Positions 48,936 through 62,329 of a stretch of 64,000 nt of DNA are shown here, one piece after another. The stretch is taken from positions 3,970,001-4,034,000 of the forward strand of contig NW_024704743.1 in the NCBI RefSeq assembly GCF_018977255.1, read 5' to 3'. Below the pieces are notes generated by a model that did no database searches, was not told the DNA's origin, and saw nothing but the letters and a program-made list of their open reading frames with translations. The stretch's first letter is position 1, and each line of letters opens with the position of its first letter. This DNA comes from Callorhinchus milii. Its lineage: Eukaryota. The translations under genes were made by a program, and so were the position numbers.

Positions 48936-50662
48936 TCTATTCCCTGTATTAGCACAAACTTCAATTTGTGAAATTCTGGATACTCTATAATGCTGAAATT
49001 GGCCGAGACACTGGAAGCAACTCCCTTCTCTTTTCAAATAGCACCAGGAGATCTTTAACATCCACCTGAACAGGTTTAACATCCCATCCAAAGAAAGGCA
49101 TCTCCGACGATGCAACACACTCCCAGCTCTGTCAACCTAGATAGAGTTGATCCAGACCTAGATGGAATATCTCCTCGCTGGTGCCCAACAGGAGATCAAT
49201 GTAGATAAGTGGAGTTCTGGAGGGTAGCCCTGAGATATCAGGGTATCCACAGGATTTGCTGTTCCTAACACACATGATTCCCAATACATGACCACCACCA
49301 CAATGACGAAACCTTAGACAAGTTTCCTTATTCCACACTCCTCTGTTTACGTAGGAATAAGCAGGAACCCGGATGTTAGTCGATTGGCAGATTGCTTTCT
49401 CGGGATAATACCTAAAAAAAAATTGGTCAATTAATCCACAATTGTTTTTGGGACCCTCTTGTGCGCAATTGTGTGCTGTATTCCGTAACTTAGGAACAAC
49501 ATTACGGGGTGTAGTACATAAGTAGTTCGGGACATATGTGCATGAAACCGCCAGGAAGGTGGAAGGCAAACCAGACAGACTTTGGTCTGCTTTTTCGTCT
49601 AGCATTTCTTATGTTCTACTTGTCTGCCGCGTTTCATCCACAAAATACACAGTCTGCACACCATACCGTATATTCTGAGAAGCGCTTTGAGGCGTCTCAA
49701 CAACGTAAAAAGGCGCGATATCAAATGCAAGGATGTGTTATTGGTATTGTAAAGAATATTCAGTTCAGCTATTTCCGACTCATCACGCAAAAAAGCAAAG
49801 TGACCTTTAGATCAAAGAACGACTGCCTCGTTGGATGTTTTTATGGCTGACGTAAGGCACTGTATTGAATAAAGAGATTGCGAGGCCGTTTTACAGGCAA
49901 AAGCTAACCATGGTCAGTGTCTGTGATTCACTCACTGCAATGGGGGGAGGTTGGGAAGGGGGGGGCGTGTGGAGTGGGGGGAGCCGATTTTTAAATTGGC
50001 CCCTGATTTCGAATAAATTCCCTGCCTCATCGCTGTGAGGATGACACGCAGCGATTCCAAAAGAAAATCAGCGCACAATAAACCCTGATTGCAGTCTGGA
50101 ACGAGCTCCACTTTGCATTGGTGTCAGCGGGAAGTGCATTTTCTTCCAACACGGACCCAAGCGCTGGCAGTCAAGTAGCATGCGGTTTCCCGACTGGACG
50201 TTTACCGCGTCGCGTTCAGGCGCACGGACCCGACTTATTTAACACGCTGAAATTAGCGCTTTGCCCTTACGAAAGTCCGAAATGCGTTTGGTTAAAGTTA
50301 GCCCCGAAAATTTCACGGCGTCGTCACACAAGACAAGATGAACCGTGCGGTTTCAGTGGTACGGCAGATTGGAGCATTGTCTGCTCATCTTAGCGAACAG
50401 ACGTTGAAATCTACCGCAGACAAGCGGGATGAGGATATCCAAGTTTAGAAGAATAATAATTAAACCTTGTATTTGACGCAGAGCGAAATGGAAAGCGCTG
50501 GGTTTAGAAACAAGCTCTGCTTTTCTTTCAGATCTCCAGCATACAGGTTTTCATTCCCTCTCCTCGTACGGTAGATTTCAGACCACGGCACAAATCTGCT
50601 AATAACTGACACTCACATCTGGTGCGGGGAATGCATTTTGTGTCTGAGTTCCAGGCTGAAGT

Positions 50663-50978
50663 GGAGTCATGTAGCTCAGGGGTTAGAGCAGTCACCTCGC
50701 AAGCGAGGGAGCTGGGTTCAATTCCCGGCAGGCTGGAACCTCGGGTAAGTTTCCTTACTCCACACGCTTGATGATAATCCCTCAAGAAAGAAAAAAAACG
50801 ATAATAATTTGGTCACTCAATCCACGGCTGTTTGTGGGGACGCTGCTGTGCGCAATTGGCTGCCGCGTTTCACCCACAAAATATACGGTCAATTCACTTT
50901 ACAGTATATTTTGTGAAGGGCTTTGAGGCGTCTCGAAGACGTGATAAGGCGCTGTATCAAATACAAGGATTATTATTA
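50663..50978 (+). mobile_element. Young SINE, full length
   Basis: Head, CORE-like segment, body and tail all present. Confidence 0.92.
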
Positions 50979-51049
50979 AGTACATCGCCTGCAAATTCAC
51001 AGCCACTGCACTTTCCAATACAAAAACTGGTTTCCTATGAAGTACTTTG

Positions 51050-51283
51050 ACACATCCGGATGCAAATCTGCGGAAAACACAATTTCAGTGAGCGAGTAGT
51101 AAACGTACGGAACAGCCTCCTGGGGGGCGACGGTGGAAGCAGAAAGTGTTGATCCTTTCAAAAGCAAATTAGATAGATTTCTTTTTGGACGTATGGGGAC
51201 GTGACATGTACAAGCGACTGCCAGGAAAGCAAGCGAACTGGATGGCACTTGGTCCTTTTTCGTCCGGTAATTCTTATGTCCTT
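51050..51283 (+). mobile_element. CR1-clade LINE 3' end
   Basis: ttcagtgagcgagtagtaaac...tttcaaaagcaaattagatagatttc...actggatggcacttggtcc...ttcttatg; homologous to 58640-58937 and 49490-49617. Confidence 0.8.
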
Positions 51284-51869
51284 ATAATAATAATAATAAT
51301 AATTCTTGCATTTGATATAGCGCTTTTCACGTCGGGAGGACGTCCCAAAGCGCTTATGGATGACGTAGGGCACTGCGTCAAATAAAAAGATTGGCATGTT
51401 AGGAATCAAAGGCGCAACAAGATTCCTTGATACATGCGCTCTCAATAATTTCCCTCCGAAGAGTTCCCTCAAGTCGGTGTGATGAGCAAGGTCAAAGAAT
51501 GCTGTTAGCAATCCCACATCTTACATCTCTCTATTCACGTCATCACCGCCACAGCCATACTCCCCGTGTAGAGGAAACTTTGGTACTTTGCGCTCACGGT
51601 CTGGGATAACAGCCCAATGCAATCCCGGGGGGGAGTGTTGCATTGATGGAGGTGCTGTCCTTCAGATCAGACGCTAAACCGAGGTCCTGTCTGCCTGTTC
51701 AGGTGGATGTTAAAAGTCCCCTGGGGTTAGTTAGAAAGAGTTTTTCCCTGATTCCCAGCAAACAATTTCACTGCATTTTACAATAAATCGCTTTGAGACA
51801 TCCTTACAACTCGAAAGGCCATTGTATCAAACGTAAGGATTATTATTTGTAATTGGGGTGAGAGAGAGA

Positions 51870-51904
<35 letters not shown>

Positions 51905-52924
51905 GCACAAAGAGGCAGAGACAAAAGATGCAAACACACAACCCACTATCTGCAAGTGTTTAGGACTTATCCCAACTAGTGTACCCTTCACCTCGCCTCT
52001 CAATGTAAAGGAGGATCTCTTCTGTATGCAGTGCTCATACCCTTTACCGAGTCTACAGGAGGTGTAACAAGTCAGAACATCAACTCCGCTCAGATAAATA
52101 ACAGCCAGAGTCGATCCCCGTGGCTCTGAACTTTCACTCGTCGCTATCTCCTGGTCCACAAGCTGTCAGCTGCTAGTCGGGCACATCGTATCGAACGGAG
52201 TCCCGGTAACGATCTCGCGGGTCTAACGTTTCCGAGCAGAGCTTCGGACGTTTCCTTTCAGACTCCTGCCGAGCGGGAGTCGCGGCTGGCATTAAAGGGC
52301 GGGCGATCTGTAAGGCCGCCCGATACGTTTCTCGCGGCACGTAACGCGTGTTGATCGAGGTTTAAAAAGAAAAAAAAAAGCCATCAGATTTCCGGGAATC
52401 GAGTTGATCACCAAAAAGTAACCGGACAGGGTTCTCTAGCGCTAAAGATTTGCTGAAGAGTTCAACAGCAACAGCTTGCAATGGTATAGCGTCTTCCACG
52501 CAGAGTAGCATCTCGCAACGGAGACTGTGTCACGTGTACTTGCATTTGTATTTTTAACCATCATCGATTTCCTAACGCTTTTAACACTGACCTCAACGGA
52601 GAGCAAAGCGCTCCAAACATCTCAGAACGAATGACCGTCGTTACCTCCCTTTCCTGATCCCGTTTCTCTCGATGGGGATCCCAGGGAGCATTGAACGCGA
52701 GTTGTTTTGTTTGGGCGAAGTCAATTCCAACCCGCACGGGTTTCGGGTTTTTTTTTCGCACGCAGGTTGTTATAACATTGCAACGCGGATTTTTTTTTAG
52801 ATATATAATTAGTCCCCGACGTTTGATTGCGAAAAAGGGGATCGAGAGCTGAACGAGGAATGAAATCCCACTGAGGCCTTCGCGAGCTGGAGAGCCGCCA
52901 GGGTCCCTTTAAGAAAAAAAAACA

Positions 52925-53390
52925 ATGATAATTTAGTGATCCTTACATTCGGAATAGCGCCTTTCAGGTTCAGGAGGACGTCTCGAAGCTCATCGCAGGA
53001 TTTACCGGGAACTGGAATGGCTGTGTTTATGCAGGCAAACACAACGGCCAATTTGCTCACGGTAACGTCCCACAAACAGCCGTGTAATGAACGACCAATT
53101 TTATTTGCGTAGATGGTCGGCCGTGATTCCGGGAGAAGCTCCCCTTCTCGTTTTGACAGTGCCTTGAGATCTTCAACGCCCCTTTTGAACGGGCAGACGA
53201 CACCCTCGATTGAGGTCTCAGCTGAAGGATGTCACCTCCAGCACCAGCTTGCACTTCCAGTATTGTATTTGAAGGGTCAGCCTTAGACTATTGCCAGCTC
53301 ACAGTCCCCGCGTGGGGTTTGAACCCACATTGTTTTTATCCAGAAGACTAGAGCGCCGGCAACCGAGCCAGACTGAGCCGCAAAGATTAG
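52925..53390 (-). mobile_element. Deu-domain SINE, near full length
   Basis: Tail, Deu core (gatcttcaacgcccc...gaacgggcagac) and tRNA-like head (tttgaacccac...aaccgagcca). Confidence 0.7.
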
Positions 53391-54239
53391 TCAACAAGGT
53401 ACAGGCCAATAGCAATCTAAGGAATTGCAATCAACTGTGTGATACTTTTCTGTTCTTCAACCACTGTTTTGACCAACCATCGTTCCTAGTATTAAGGAGG
53501 TTGCATTCATCCCCATTAGGGACATAATTCGAGGTCTAACTCTACTATTATTATTATTATTATCATTATTATAACTCGTAGGCAAACAGCCTTATCGCTT
53601 GTTTTGTCTGAATCGCACGGGAATTAACAAACGAACCCTGCTGTAGCATCACCAGCTCTGATCTATGCTGTGACTGTTGACGGATGATTCATTGCCAACA
53701 ACAACAGCTTGCATTCACATAGCGCTCTACACGTGGGTGGCGTCTCGGAGGGCTTGTTGCCGCAGAGTAAAAAAAAAAGACACATTCAAAAAAAAAAATA
53801 CTTGCACAGTGTTCGTTCGGCAAAGCACCTTTTCAAGCTGGGAGGCTGTTCTAAAGAGCATCACAGAATATACTATGCAGCAACTTTACAGTATATTGCG
53901 CGAAGGGGTTTAGGACTGTTTTGTTGGCGACGCGAGGCGATAGCATTCGGCAAACGTAATATTGAACAGTGATGAAAAGAACAACGTTATCAATGCAATA
54001 ACAGCAACAACTGCAACTACATACACACATTGGCACAGGCAATGGCAGCAAATCACAGTCTTGCTCTTAACAAAAGCACAGCAATGAATGCGAGCAGCAG
54101 GCTTGAATTAACGTGCGCAGAAAGCAATCTTCCTACAACTTAAATCTTGACTTTGATGAGATTTACCGACACTTCAATACAATTTACTGTTAAGCAGCAG
54201 CACAGGTATCGCTGCAAGATTATCACTGAGCGTCAGGCT

Positions 54240-54870
54240 GCTTGGAGTCTATTAATATATAGGTTATTGGCTCTTACCAACCTGCGTTGGATACTCTCGG
54301 AATTTAGGTAAATAGGGTCTGTCCCTAAAGGTGGAGAGAGAGAGAGAGTGCACCTTCCGTTCCAGACGCACTTACCATCATTGAGTAAGAGTCCTGTAGC
54401 TCAGTGGTTAGAGCTCTCGCCTCTCGAGCGAGAGACCTGGGTTCGATTTCTGGCAAGGCAAAAGGTTGGGCAAGTTTCCTTACTCCGCACGCCTCTGTTT
54501 ACCCGGCAGTAAGTAGGAACCCGTTTGTTAGTCGATTGGCGGATCGCTTTTCCGGGGGTAATAATCCCTTCAAAAAATATAATGATAAATTGGTCACTTC
54601 AATCCACGACTGTTTGTGGGACGCTGCTGTGCGCAATTGGCTGCCACATTTCATCCATAAAATTTACAGTCAATTCAGTGTACAGTACTTTACAGTATAT
54701 TCTGTGAAGTGCTTTGAGACGTCTTGAAGACGTGGTAAGGCGCTGTATCAAATGCAAGGATTATTATTACTATTATTATTATTATTATACGTGTGTGGAA
54801 CTCTAGTTTGGATACTCTTCAGCACGGCGATCGGTTTCTGTGTGTGTCAGACACCCGGCTGCCCACAAAA
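54240..54870 (+). mobile_element. Unclassified ~400-bp repeat, split by a young SINE
   Basis: ttggctcttaccaacctgcg before the SINE; gtgtcagacacccggctgcccacaaaa after it. Confidence 0.7.
54389..54788 (+). mobile_element. Young SINE, full length (good reference copy)
   Basis: gagtcctgtagctcagtggttagagc...ggttcgattt...gggcaagtttccttactcc...(TTA)n. Confidence 0.95.
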
Positions 54871-55469
54871 CAAGAGAAAGACAAGCCAGATCTGTGGTAA
54901 CGTTTTGAGAATATTGGATTCTTTGCAACAGTGAATTATGAAATCCCATTTTAGCAAAATTTCCCCCCCCCACCCACCCACCCCCTCCCAAATTCCCCCG
55001 CCACCAAAGTAAATGCCTGTAAGCAACAAGGCCGTGGAAGAGTACTTATTAGTTCCCAGCATCTTTAATCGCTCCATTAACAAGAACTACAGATATTTTC
55101 TGCATTTAGCTGCAGGTAAAACAGAGTGACGAACACATAACATTTGGAGCACTCTGATGCTAAATAATACATAAGGCTGTTGCACCCAGAGTGTGTATGA
55201 TGCATTGTAAAGGAGAGCATAAAGAATGTAGTGAGCATTTGATAGAGACTCTCCTTCTTTCCCTGTAATTGATCTACTTTGTTATATTATATTTTCTCCT
55301 GGCTATGCAGCAGTGATGGATGAAGTGTATTATTTCTGCGCTATCCTTTTACTTCAGTCATATTATCCCATTAACCCGCTGAATATCTTTAGCCGCCCAT
55401 TTCCATTTCAAAGGAAAATTTCTGCCTCGTCCCTTGGTATTTCCATAGATGTTTTGCGTCTTGGGGGTG

Positions 55470-55740
55470 AGCTTAGGGCGTCATTGGTGTAGGGCTCTCG
55501 CCTCCGAGTCAGATGGACGTGGATTCAAGTCCCACGTTGGAACCCTTCAGAAGAGACGTTAAACCAAGGTCCCAGTCTTCCTATTACCGTTAAAGATCCC
55601 ATGTCACAACTGGTAAAGAGAAGGGAGTTTCTTTCTCCCGATGGTCCCGGCCAACAATCCCGCTTAATAAAATTGGTCATTCATTTCATGGCTGTTGGTG
55701 GAACATTGCGGCGCGTAAATTGGCTGCCCCATTTGTTACA
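55470..55740 (+). mobile_element. Deu-domain SINE
   Basis: ctctcgcctccgagtcaga...gagacgttaaaccaaggtcc...gttaaagatcccatg...aaattggtcattcatttcatggctg. Confidence 0.75.
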
Positions 55741-57764
55741 GGAACAGAATCTCTACACGTTTACAATGATTACCCGAGGGAAGTTTTAGCATTCCAGCCG
55801 CGACATCAATCCCTCGACCGAAAGGCAGAATCTTGTCTTTTGATCCGTTGCTTAATTTGCGACTCAGGATGATCAACGATTTGACTTAAAGATGCCAATT
55901 TTGCGCGGCGAGAAAGATGTGGTTGTTGCGAGCTGCAAAACGGGCGTGTGTCTTCCCAAGGGCGTAAATGCTGGAACAAGCCAGGCTGAGATAAGTGGCG
56001 ATTTGATTTTTTTGTTAATGGTTTTTACATTCTGCGGTTGAGAGGCTGACTGAAAAGACTGCCGTCACTCTTTCAGCGCTTCCAGCAGATTCCGTGTAAT
56101 TTTGTTGTAAAGGAAACAAGTGATTTTGATTTCTAAAGATCGAACTGTAATGCTGTAGGAGTGGGACTAAAAACTGCAAAACTGCTTTATCAGATGCCAG
56201 CCTTCATCCTCTTTGTCTCCCGACTATTACAGCAATAAAAGCCTGGAATGTGAACGGGGGCCACTTTTGCGGATGACATTTTGCGCTTTTGGATATCTTT
56301 ACGGCCAAGATTCGATGTATTTATAGTTTGCGTTAAACTACTTAAGGCTGCTGATCATTGACAGTAAAAAGGAGGAGGAATATTATAATAATAATAATAA
56401 TAATAATACTTGCATTTGGTACAGGGCCTTTCGCGTCAGGAGGACGTCGCAAAGTACTTCACTTGATCTATTGTAATCCGCAGCAGATGTGTGTTTTGTA
56501 AGCAAAACACAGCAGCTAATTTTCGTGCAGTCAGCCATGTCCTACAAATACTTCATTCACTCCTTTTCCAATAGTGCCATGGGATGTTCCCTAAGTGTTC
56601 ATGTGCAAGAGTTGACTAAAACTAGCTTTCTTAACACGGAATCTGAGTACCGCAAATGTCTCCTATTGGTAGAAGGAAGTAACATTTCACTGACCCATCA
56701 GAACTTCATCCTGATAATCCTTGCGATTGATATTGTGCCTTATCGTGTTGTTGAAGCATCTCTACTTCACAGGATTTGACTGAGTTTTACTCCATTTTAA
56801 CCGCAAACAATGTTCCCGTGACCCTATTTGAAACGAGAGTGTCTTGTGTCCTGGCCAACAATCCCCCAGATAAAAAGGTATCATTGACTAATGTGGCTGT
56901 CTGTGAGGCAGCTAAATTGTGGGCTTTGGCTGCCAACGTTCCTCTGACATTTCACAGTAAAAATCGCGTGAGGCGCTCTGAGGCATCTCAACGACGTGGT
57001 GAGGCGCTGTATCAGGCACAAGGACTATGATTGTTGCTCCGCACGCTGGGAGTCCATCAGGAAGCTGGCAAGCCGGCTTTCTTGAAAGCTTACTTGAATA
57101 TTAAAGAGAAGCAAGTTAGCTGCAGTTGAAAAGACAGAGGAAAGATGCTGACGGGAGCAAAGAGCAGGTTCCGCTTTCACAGCTGATTTATTTCCAATCA
57201 GCCCCTTGATCTGCGGTCGTGAAGTTCAGCGATGTGATTAGCACATTATCCTGGGACAGGAGGAGGCCTGAGAATCTCATCTGCGATGACCCAATCGACG
57301 GTCAATCCACTTTTGCTCTCTGCGAGGTGCTGATCTGAATGAATTGGTCCTAATACGTCCACATCAGTTGGGAACAGAAGCAATTTTTGCAGGTGGTAAA
57401 TGCTGGATCTTGAGTAGGGTCCTGATACGAACAAAGCTGATTTTAAGTGGCTCGCAGTCATCTGATGTTCTGAACACCATGCAGTCAATTTGGCTGATCA
57501 GCTCCCTTCAGGTAACACTCTACAGGTTTTATAGCTGTCCTGACCTTGGACCTTTTAAAGTCCAATTACACCGAGAGATGGCTGAGCGCTGGTTTCAGTT
57601 CTGTACGGCTTTTATATTAATGGATTGTCTGCAGGTGTAAAACCTGCTTCTGCCGGTTCTGTTGGATGTTAAAGATCATACAGCGACTATTCGAAAAGAG
57701 AAAGGAGTTTCTCCCGGTGTCCTGCCCAGCGATGCCCCAGATAAAATTGATCATTTGATTCCTA

Positions 57765-58069
57765 ACAACAATAATCATCTTTGCATTTGATACAGCGCCT
57801 TATCACGTCTCAAAGCGCTTCACAGGATTCACTGTAAAGCGAACGAACCGTATATTTTGTGGGTGAAACTCGGCAGCCAATTGCGCACGGTCATGGATTG
57901 AGGGACCAAATGTTTTTTTTAAAGGGATTGTTACCCATGGATCCGCCAATCGACTAACAACGGGTGCCTATTTACTGTTAGGTAAACGGAGGTGTGTGGA
58001 GTAAGGAATTGAACCCGGGATCCTCTCGCTTGCGAGGCGAGGGCTCTAACCACTCAGCTCCAGGACTCC
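57765..58069 (-). mobile_element. Young SINE, full length, inserted in a Deu-SINE
   Basis: Deu sequence at 57640-57760 resumes at about 58070 (catgactgtttggggacattg). Confidence 0.88.
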
Positions 58070-58639
58070 ACGTCCATGACTGTTTGGGGACATTGCGATG
58101 TGGAAATTGTCTGCCGGCTCTCTTTTGTGACTACACTTTACAGTAAACTCCAGCGAGTTGCTTTGAGACGTTTTGACAACGTGTATCAAACGACACAAGA
58201 TTATTACTGAAGTGACAAGGCCTGAAGTGGGCAAAATCACAGAGCTCAAATCAACTGATGTGCAGAGAGTTCCTCCTGATCTCCCTGGTGCCGAATGCAA
58301 AAATAAAATGACAACGGGTAATGCCTGACCCAGGGACTCGTTGAGTCCTTGAGCAACGGGATGAGGTAGGTGGATGAGGGATGGAGGGGAAGGGCTGTAG
58401 GTTTCTCAGATCACGACTGATCTTCTACACCCCCTCCCACCTGGCAGCAGGCTCCGCCACTGTTAAACCCTCTGAGACTCTGCCCCACGTGGAGGGGAGC
58501 TATATAAATGCAAGTTATTGTTGTCGTTTCCGCGCACGTGAAGAATGGCGTCCACAGACACCCACTCCCTTCCCTCCCCCCCCCAGTCCTGGAAACTACG
58601 TAAAGATGAACGGTCGTGGCAGGAATGCTTAGCCAGACC

Positions 58640-58937
58640 AGAGAGGCACGGCCTGCGATTGAAGGCGGTGGAGGGGAGGGGGGGAAATTCAAAAGAAATC
58701 TTTGGAAATGCTGTTTCAATGAGCGAGTAGTAAATGTATGGGACAGGCTCTCTAAGGAGACGATAGAATCAGAAAGAGTCGATTTTTTCGCAAGAGAATT
58801 AGATTGATTTCTTTTGGGAAATAATATCGTGGGATACGGTGTATAGTTTGGGTCGTGACATCTGTTTGCCACTGCCAGGGTGGTGGAAGGCAAACTGGAT
58901 GGACCTTGGCCTTCTACATCCAGCGATTCTTGTGTTC
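58640..58937 (+). mobile_element. CR1-clade LINE ORF2 C-terminus and 3'UTR
   Basis: RHGLRL / GGKFKRNLWKCCFNERVVNVWDRLSKETIESERVDFFARELD, typical of the CR1 ORF2 end. Confidence 0.85.
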
Positions 58938-59840
58938 GGACTATCACGACTCCCGCAATAATAACACCGTACCCACGTAAGCTGCCGTTTGAAAGTAGGG
59001 GTCACATCGTTTTCCCCAAAGTCCGAGGAAAAATCTTTTGATTTCTAATTTTGGACGAGGCTCTGGCTTTCGAGAAGAGCAGAACCGAACACGCAGAGGG
59101 TGAAGCTCACGGAGCCATTGTTCAGCTCTCGCTTGCTCGACCAAGTTTGTCCATAAAGTAAAGCCTGCACATTATTGATTCTGGAATGGGTTTGGTCAGA
59201 TAAGGGCTCCTATTGAACAGTCCAGTCTGCAGAGAACACGCTCACTGTTTCAATGACAATTCCTGCAAAGCGAATACAATAAGGGAACAAACGGCTATTC
59301 CCTTGCCGGGGAACGGACTGCAAATAGTCCAGCGTTCCAGGCAAATCTCTCGCTATATTTACCTGCAAGTTAAAATGATGTCAGTCTGCCTCAGTTAGTA
59401 GCACTCTCACCTCTCACCTATCGAGCACAAAGTCTGTGAGTTCAAACCAAACACAGGCCTTTAAATGAAGTCCCAACATTTCCCAGTGTCCTGGCCGATC
59501 TCAATGTGGGGCTTGAACCCACAAACCTTCTGACTCAGAGGCAAGTGTGCTATCGTTTGAGCCAGGCTGAGTCCAGGGTAGGGCTGGTTCTGACATCACT
59601 CTTCTCCCACCACCCTACAAGATTGAATACGCTGAAAACGCTTTTTTTTACCCAAACTCCTACACGAACAGCAGCCACTTGGGCAAGAAAGGACTGAAGG
59701 GGAGAATGGTTCCCAAGGAAATGTACCCCCGTAGAAAAGAGGTGTCAAACATTTAAGCGGGGAGAAAAAGGTGGTTGCCATTTCTTTTAACTCTCCAAAG
59801 CGATCCAATATTTACAGGCGCTGTGCATTTTCCTTCTTAC

Positions 59841-59920
59841 CTTGTGGGAACAAAGCAATGTATGTACACTTCATTAAATCTTGACTAACTGCAACTTTCT
59901 TGTCAGCGAGTTCATAGCCA
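59841..59920 (-). other. Candidate 80-nt internal exon of an unidentified transcript
   Basis: tcttctgtgttcttgcctcAG|...cccacaag|GTAAGA; one frame is open (GYELADKKVAVSQDLMKCTYIALFPQ). No homology recognised. Confidence 0.25.
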
Positions 59921-60849
59921 CTGAGGCAAGAACACAGAAGACTAACCCGTTAAAATCCGTGACTCCTTTTATTTGCAGTCTAACAATGCAACTAATGCCT
60001 TGTGACATAGTCGTTCAATGGTAATAAACACCTTCAGGGATTTTCAACTGTTTGTCTCTCGCCTTCCACTGGTGAATTGTAATCAATAAAGCTGCCAGAT
60101 TGACTTTCCATGTTGAGTTTCCTGTTGGAATTGAATGAACACAGCATTACTGATCAAAAAATCCCTCAGGCTTTTGTTTCTTGTGTGCGCGAGTGGAGGA
60201 AGTGCAACAAGACTGTAATTGATAGCGCTTGCTCCATACCCGAAGGGTGGAGGTCTTCGAGGACGGCAAAGCAACAAAAGGAGCCGTTAATATGAACGAC
60301 TTTTGTCACCGAAAGAATTAAAGGGGAGAAAAGGGAATGAAACCTTTAAAGAGAGGTTGGTTGCCATCGTGCAGTTTGACCCCACAAACCGTGTCCACAA
60401 GTTCTTTTGGAAGGGAAACCTTTCCGTTGACAATGTCTGGCGGTTTGTGCTTTTTGAACCATTCCCCAGGGCACAGAATATTCACGGGAACAACTCCAGC
60501 AATCGGGATAAATCTCCTCTGAAGTTCTGCCTTTGTCAGGCGACCGCAAATAAGTTGAAATTCTGCCGACTCTGGGGTTTTCACCGACGCAGCTTCCAAT
60601 TCGAACGACATCTGCAGAGGATGCAACCAGCTCATAAATAGGCTCCTTTGATTGTACTGCTGTTACTTGTTCTTATTCCCCTTTCCAGTTTCTTCCCTTC
60701 CTCTCCTGAAGGCCCTGACTGTTACTGAGGTTTGGCCTCACTGACTCAAGCTGCCCTCTGGTCATTGTTTTATCCAAATAATAATAACAATCATAATAAG
60801 CCTTTGATACAGCGCCTTTTCACACCATTGAGTCGTCTCAAAGTGGCAC

Positions 60850-61195
60850 CCAGGTGATGTGGTAATGGTCACAGAAGAGGGGGAAGGTGAGCTGTTATGG
60901 TCTGAAATTGCTGAAATCAATATGGAGGCCAGAGGGCTGTAAGCTCTCTAACGGATAAATCAGGGTGCTATTCCTCGAGCTTGCGTTGTGGCTCATTGGA
61001 ACAGCGTAGGAGACCGCGGACGGAGAGGTCAGAGTGCGAGTGGCCAGAAACCGAAAGCTCAGGGTTGTGCTTGCGGACAGAACGGAGCAAATCGGTCGCC
61101 CAATCTGGGTGTCGTCTCCTCAGTGTCGAGGAGAGACCACGTCGCGAGCAGCGAATGCGGCAAACTACATTGGTGGCAGCGCACGTAAATCGCAT
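60850..61195 (-). mobile_element. Penelope-like element GIY-YIG endonuclease remnant
   Basis: Across frameshifts: RFTCAATNVVCRIRCSRRGL..EETTPRLGDRFA..LRSVRKHNPELSV..HSHSDLSVRGLLRCSNEPQRKLEE..LIYPLESLQPSGLHIDFSNFRP*, matching the PLE GIY-YIG C-terminal pattern. Confidence 0.85.
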
Positions 61196-62329
61196 TTTGT
61201 GGGTGAAACGCGGCATTCAGTCGCGCGGAGCAATGTCCCACAAACAGTCGTGGGATTCTTCGTGAATCGTTGCTGTGATGAGCTGCGCGTTCACCGACAA
61301 AACGCACGGTCACCGCACTTTACAGACCCCCCCCCCCCCCCCCTGTGAAGCACTTCGAGAGATCCTGCCGACGCAGGGACGAATCTTAATAAATTGCGAG
61401 TAAGAAACGGGAGAAAAAAAATACATTTTTTTTTGGATTTAAAAAAAAATACATACGTATCTTTTTCTTCCTTTGACGCTCCCGACATCAGGAGTACCTC
61501 GGTTGCCAGGGGTTGTCGCAGAGACAGGCTTCACAGGGTGCCATGTTCACGCTGAGTGCAAGATAGCGTGTTCAGCAAACTCAGTTACCAGACAGTGATT
61601 ATAGACACACGCAGACACACACACACACACACACACGCAGGCAGCCAAACAAATAAACCCAGCGCACAGCTGGTTGCCCTCAGCCCTTGCTCAAAATGTG
61701 CGGCACTCTGCACTCCTACCATTTGTTTATGGTCACCTGGGAGACAAGCAGAAGCCCTTCAAAGAATAATTTGTCATAGAGCATTTCTCCCGCTATCCCG
61801 ACCTGCGGTCCTCAGGATGAATTGGTCAATCGCTTCACGGCTGGCTGTGCGTGCTACCCTTGCCGCGCACAAATTGGCTGCCCTGCTCGTCTATTAATAT
61901 GCAGTCAGTACACTTGTCGGTAATTACCTATGAAGCACTTTCAGGCATTTCAGCATTATTGACACTGTAACAAGTGCACAGATTATTATCATTTATTATT
62001 TATTCAATTTCCCGCACCAAAAAGAGGCTTTCGGGCCATTTCAGTCCCGGCCGCTGGTTTTCCCCCACATCCCCCCCCCCCCCCCCTCCAGCTCGGTGTC
62101 CCACCCAGCAAGTGGCCAAGCGCCTTTGAGATGTTCTTCTGACGGGAAATGTAAATTGTATTGCATTGGCTACGTTTAAAGCCTATTTAATCTGAGCCCC
62201 CTACTCAAGTGGATCAGGACTTTGGCAGAACGAGTTTGGCCGACAAGAGCTTGGCCCAGTGAACGCATCGCCACTGGTGGATCACGGGATTTACGGCAGA
62301 GCGTGGTAACTGTTGTATTTGTGAATTTG

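Noticed and set aside
60303..60641. Overlapping ORFs on both strands
   Set aside because: No recognisable homology or flanking splice pair; more plausibly non-coding unique DNA.
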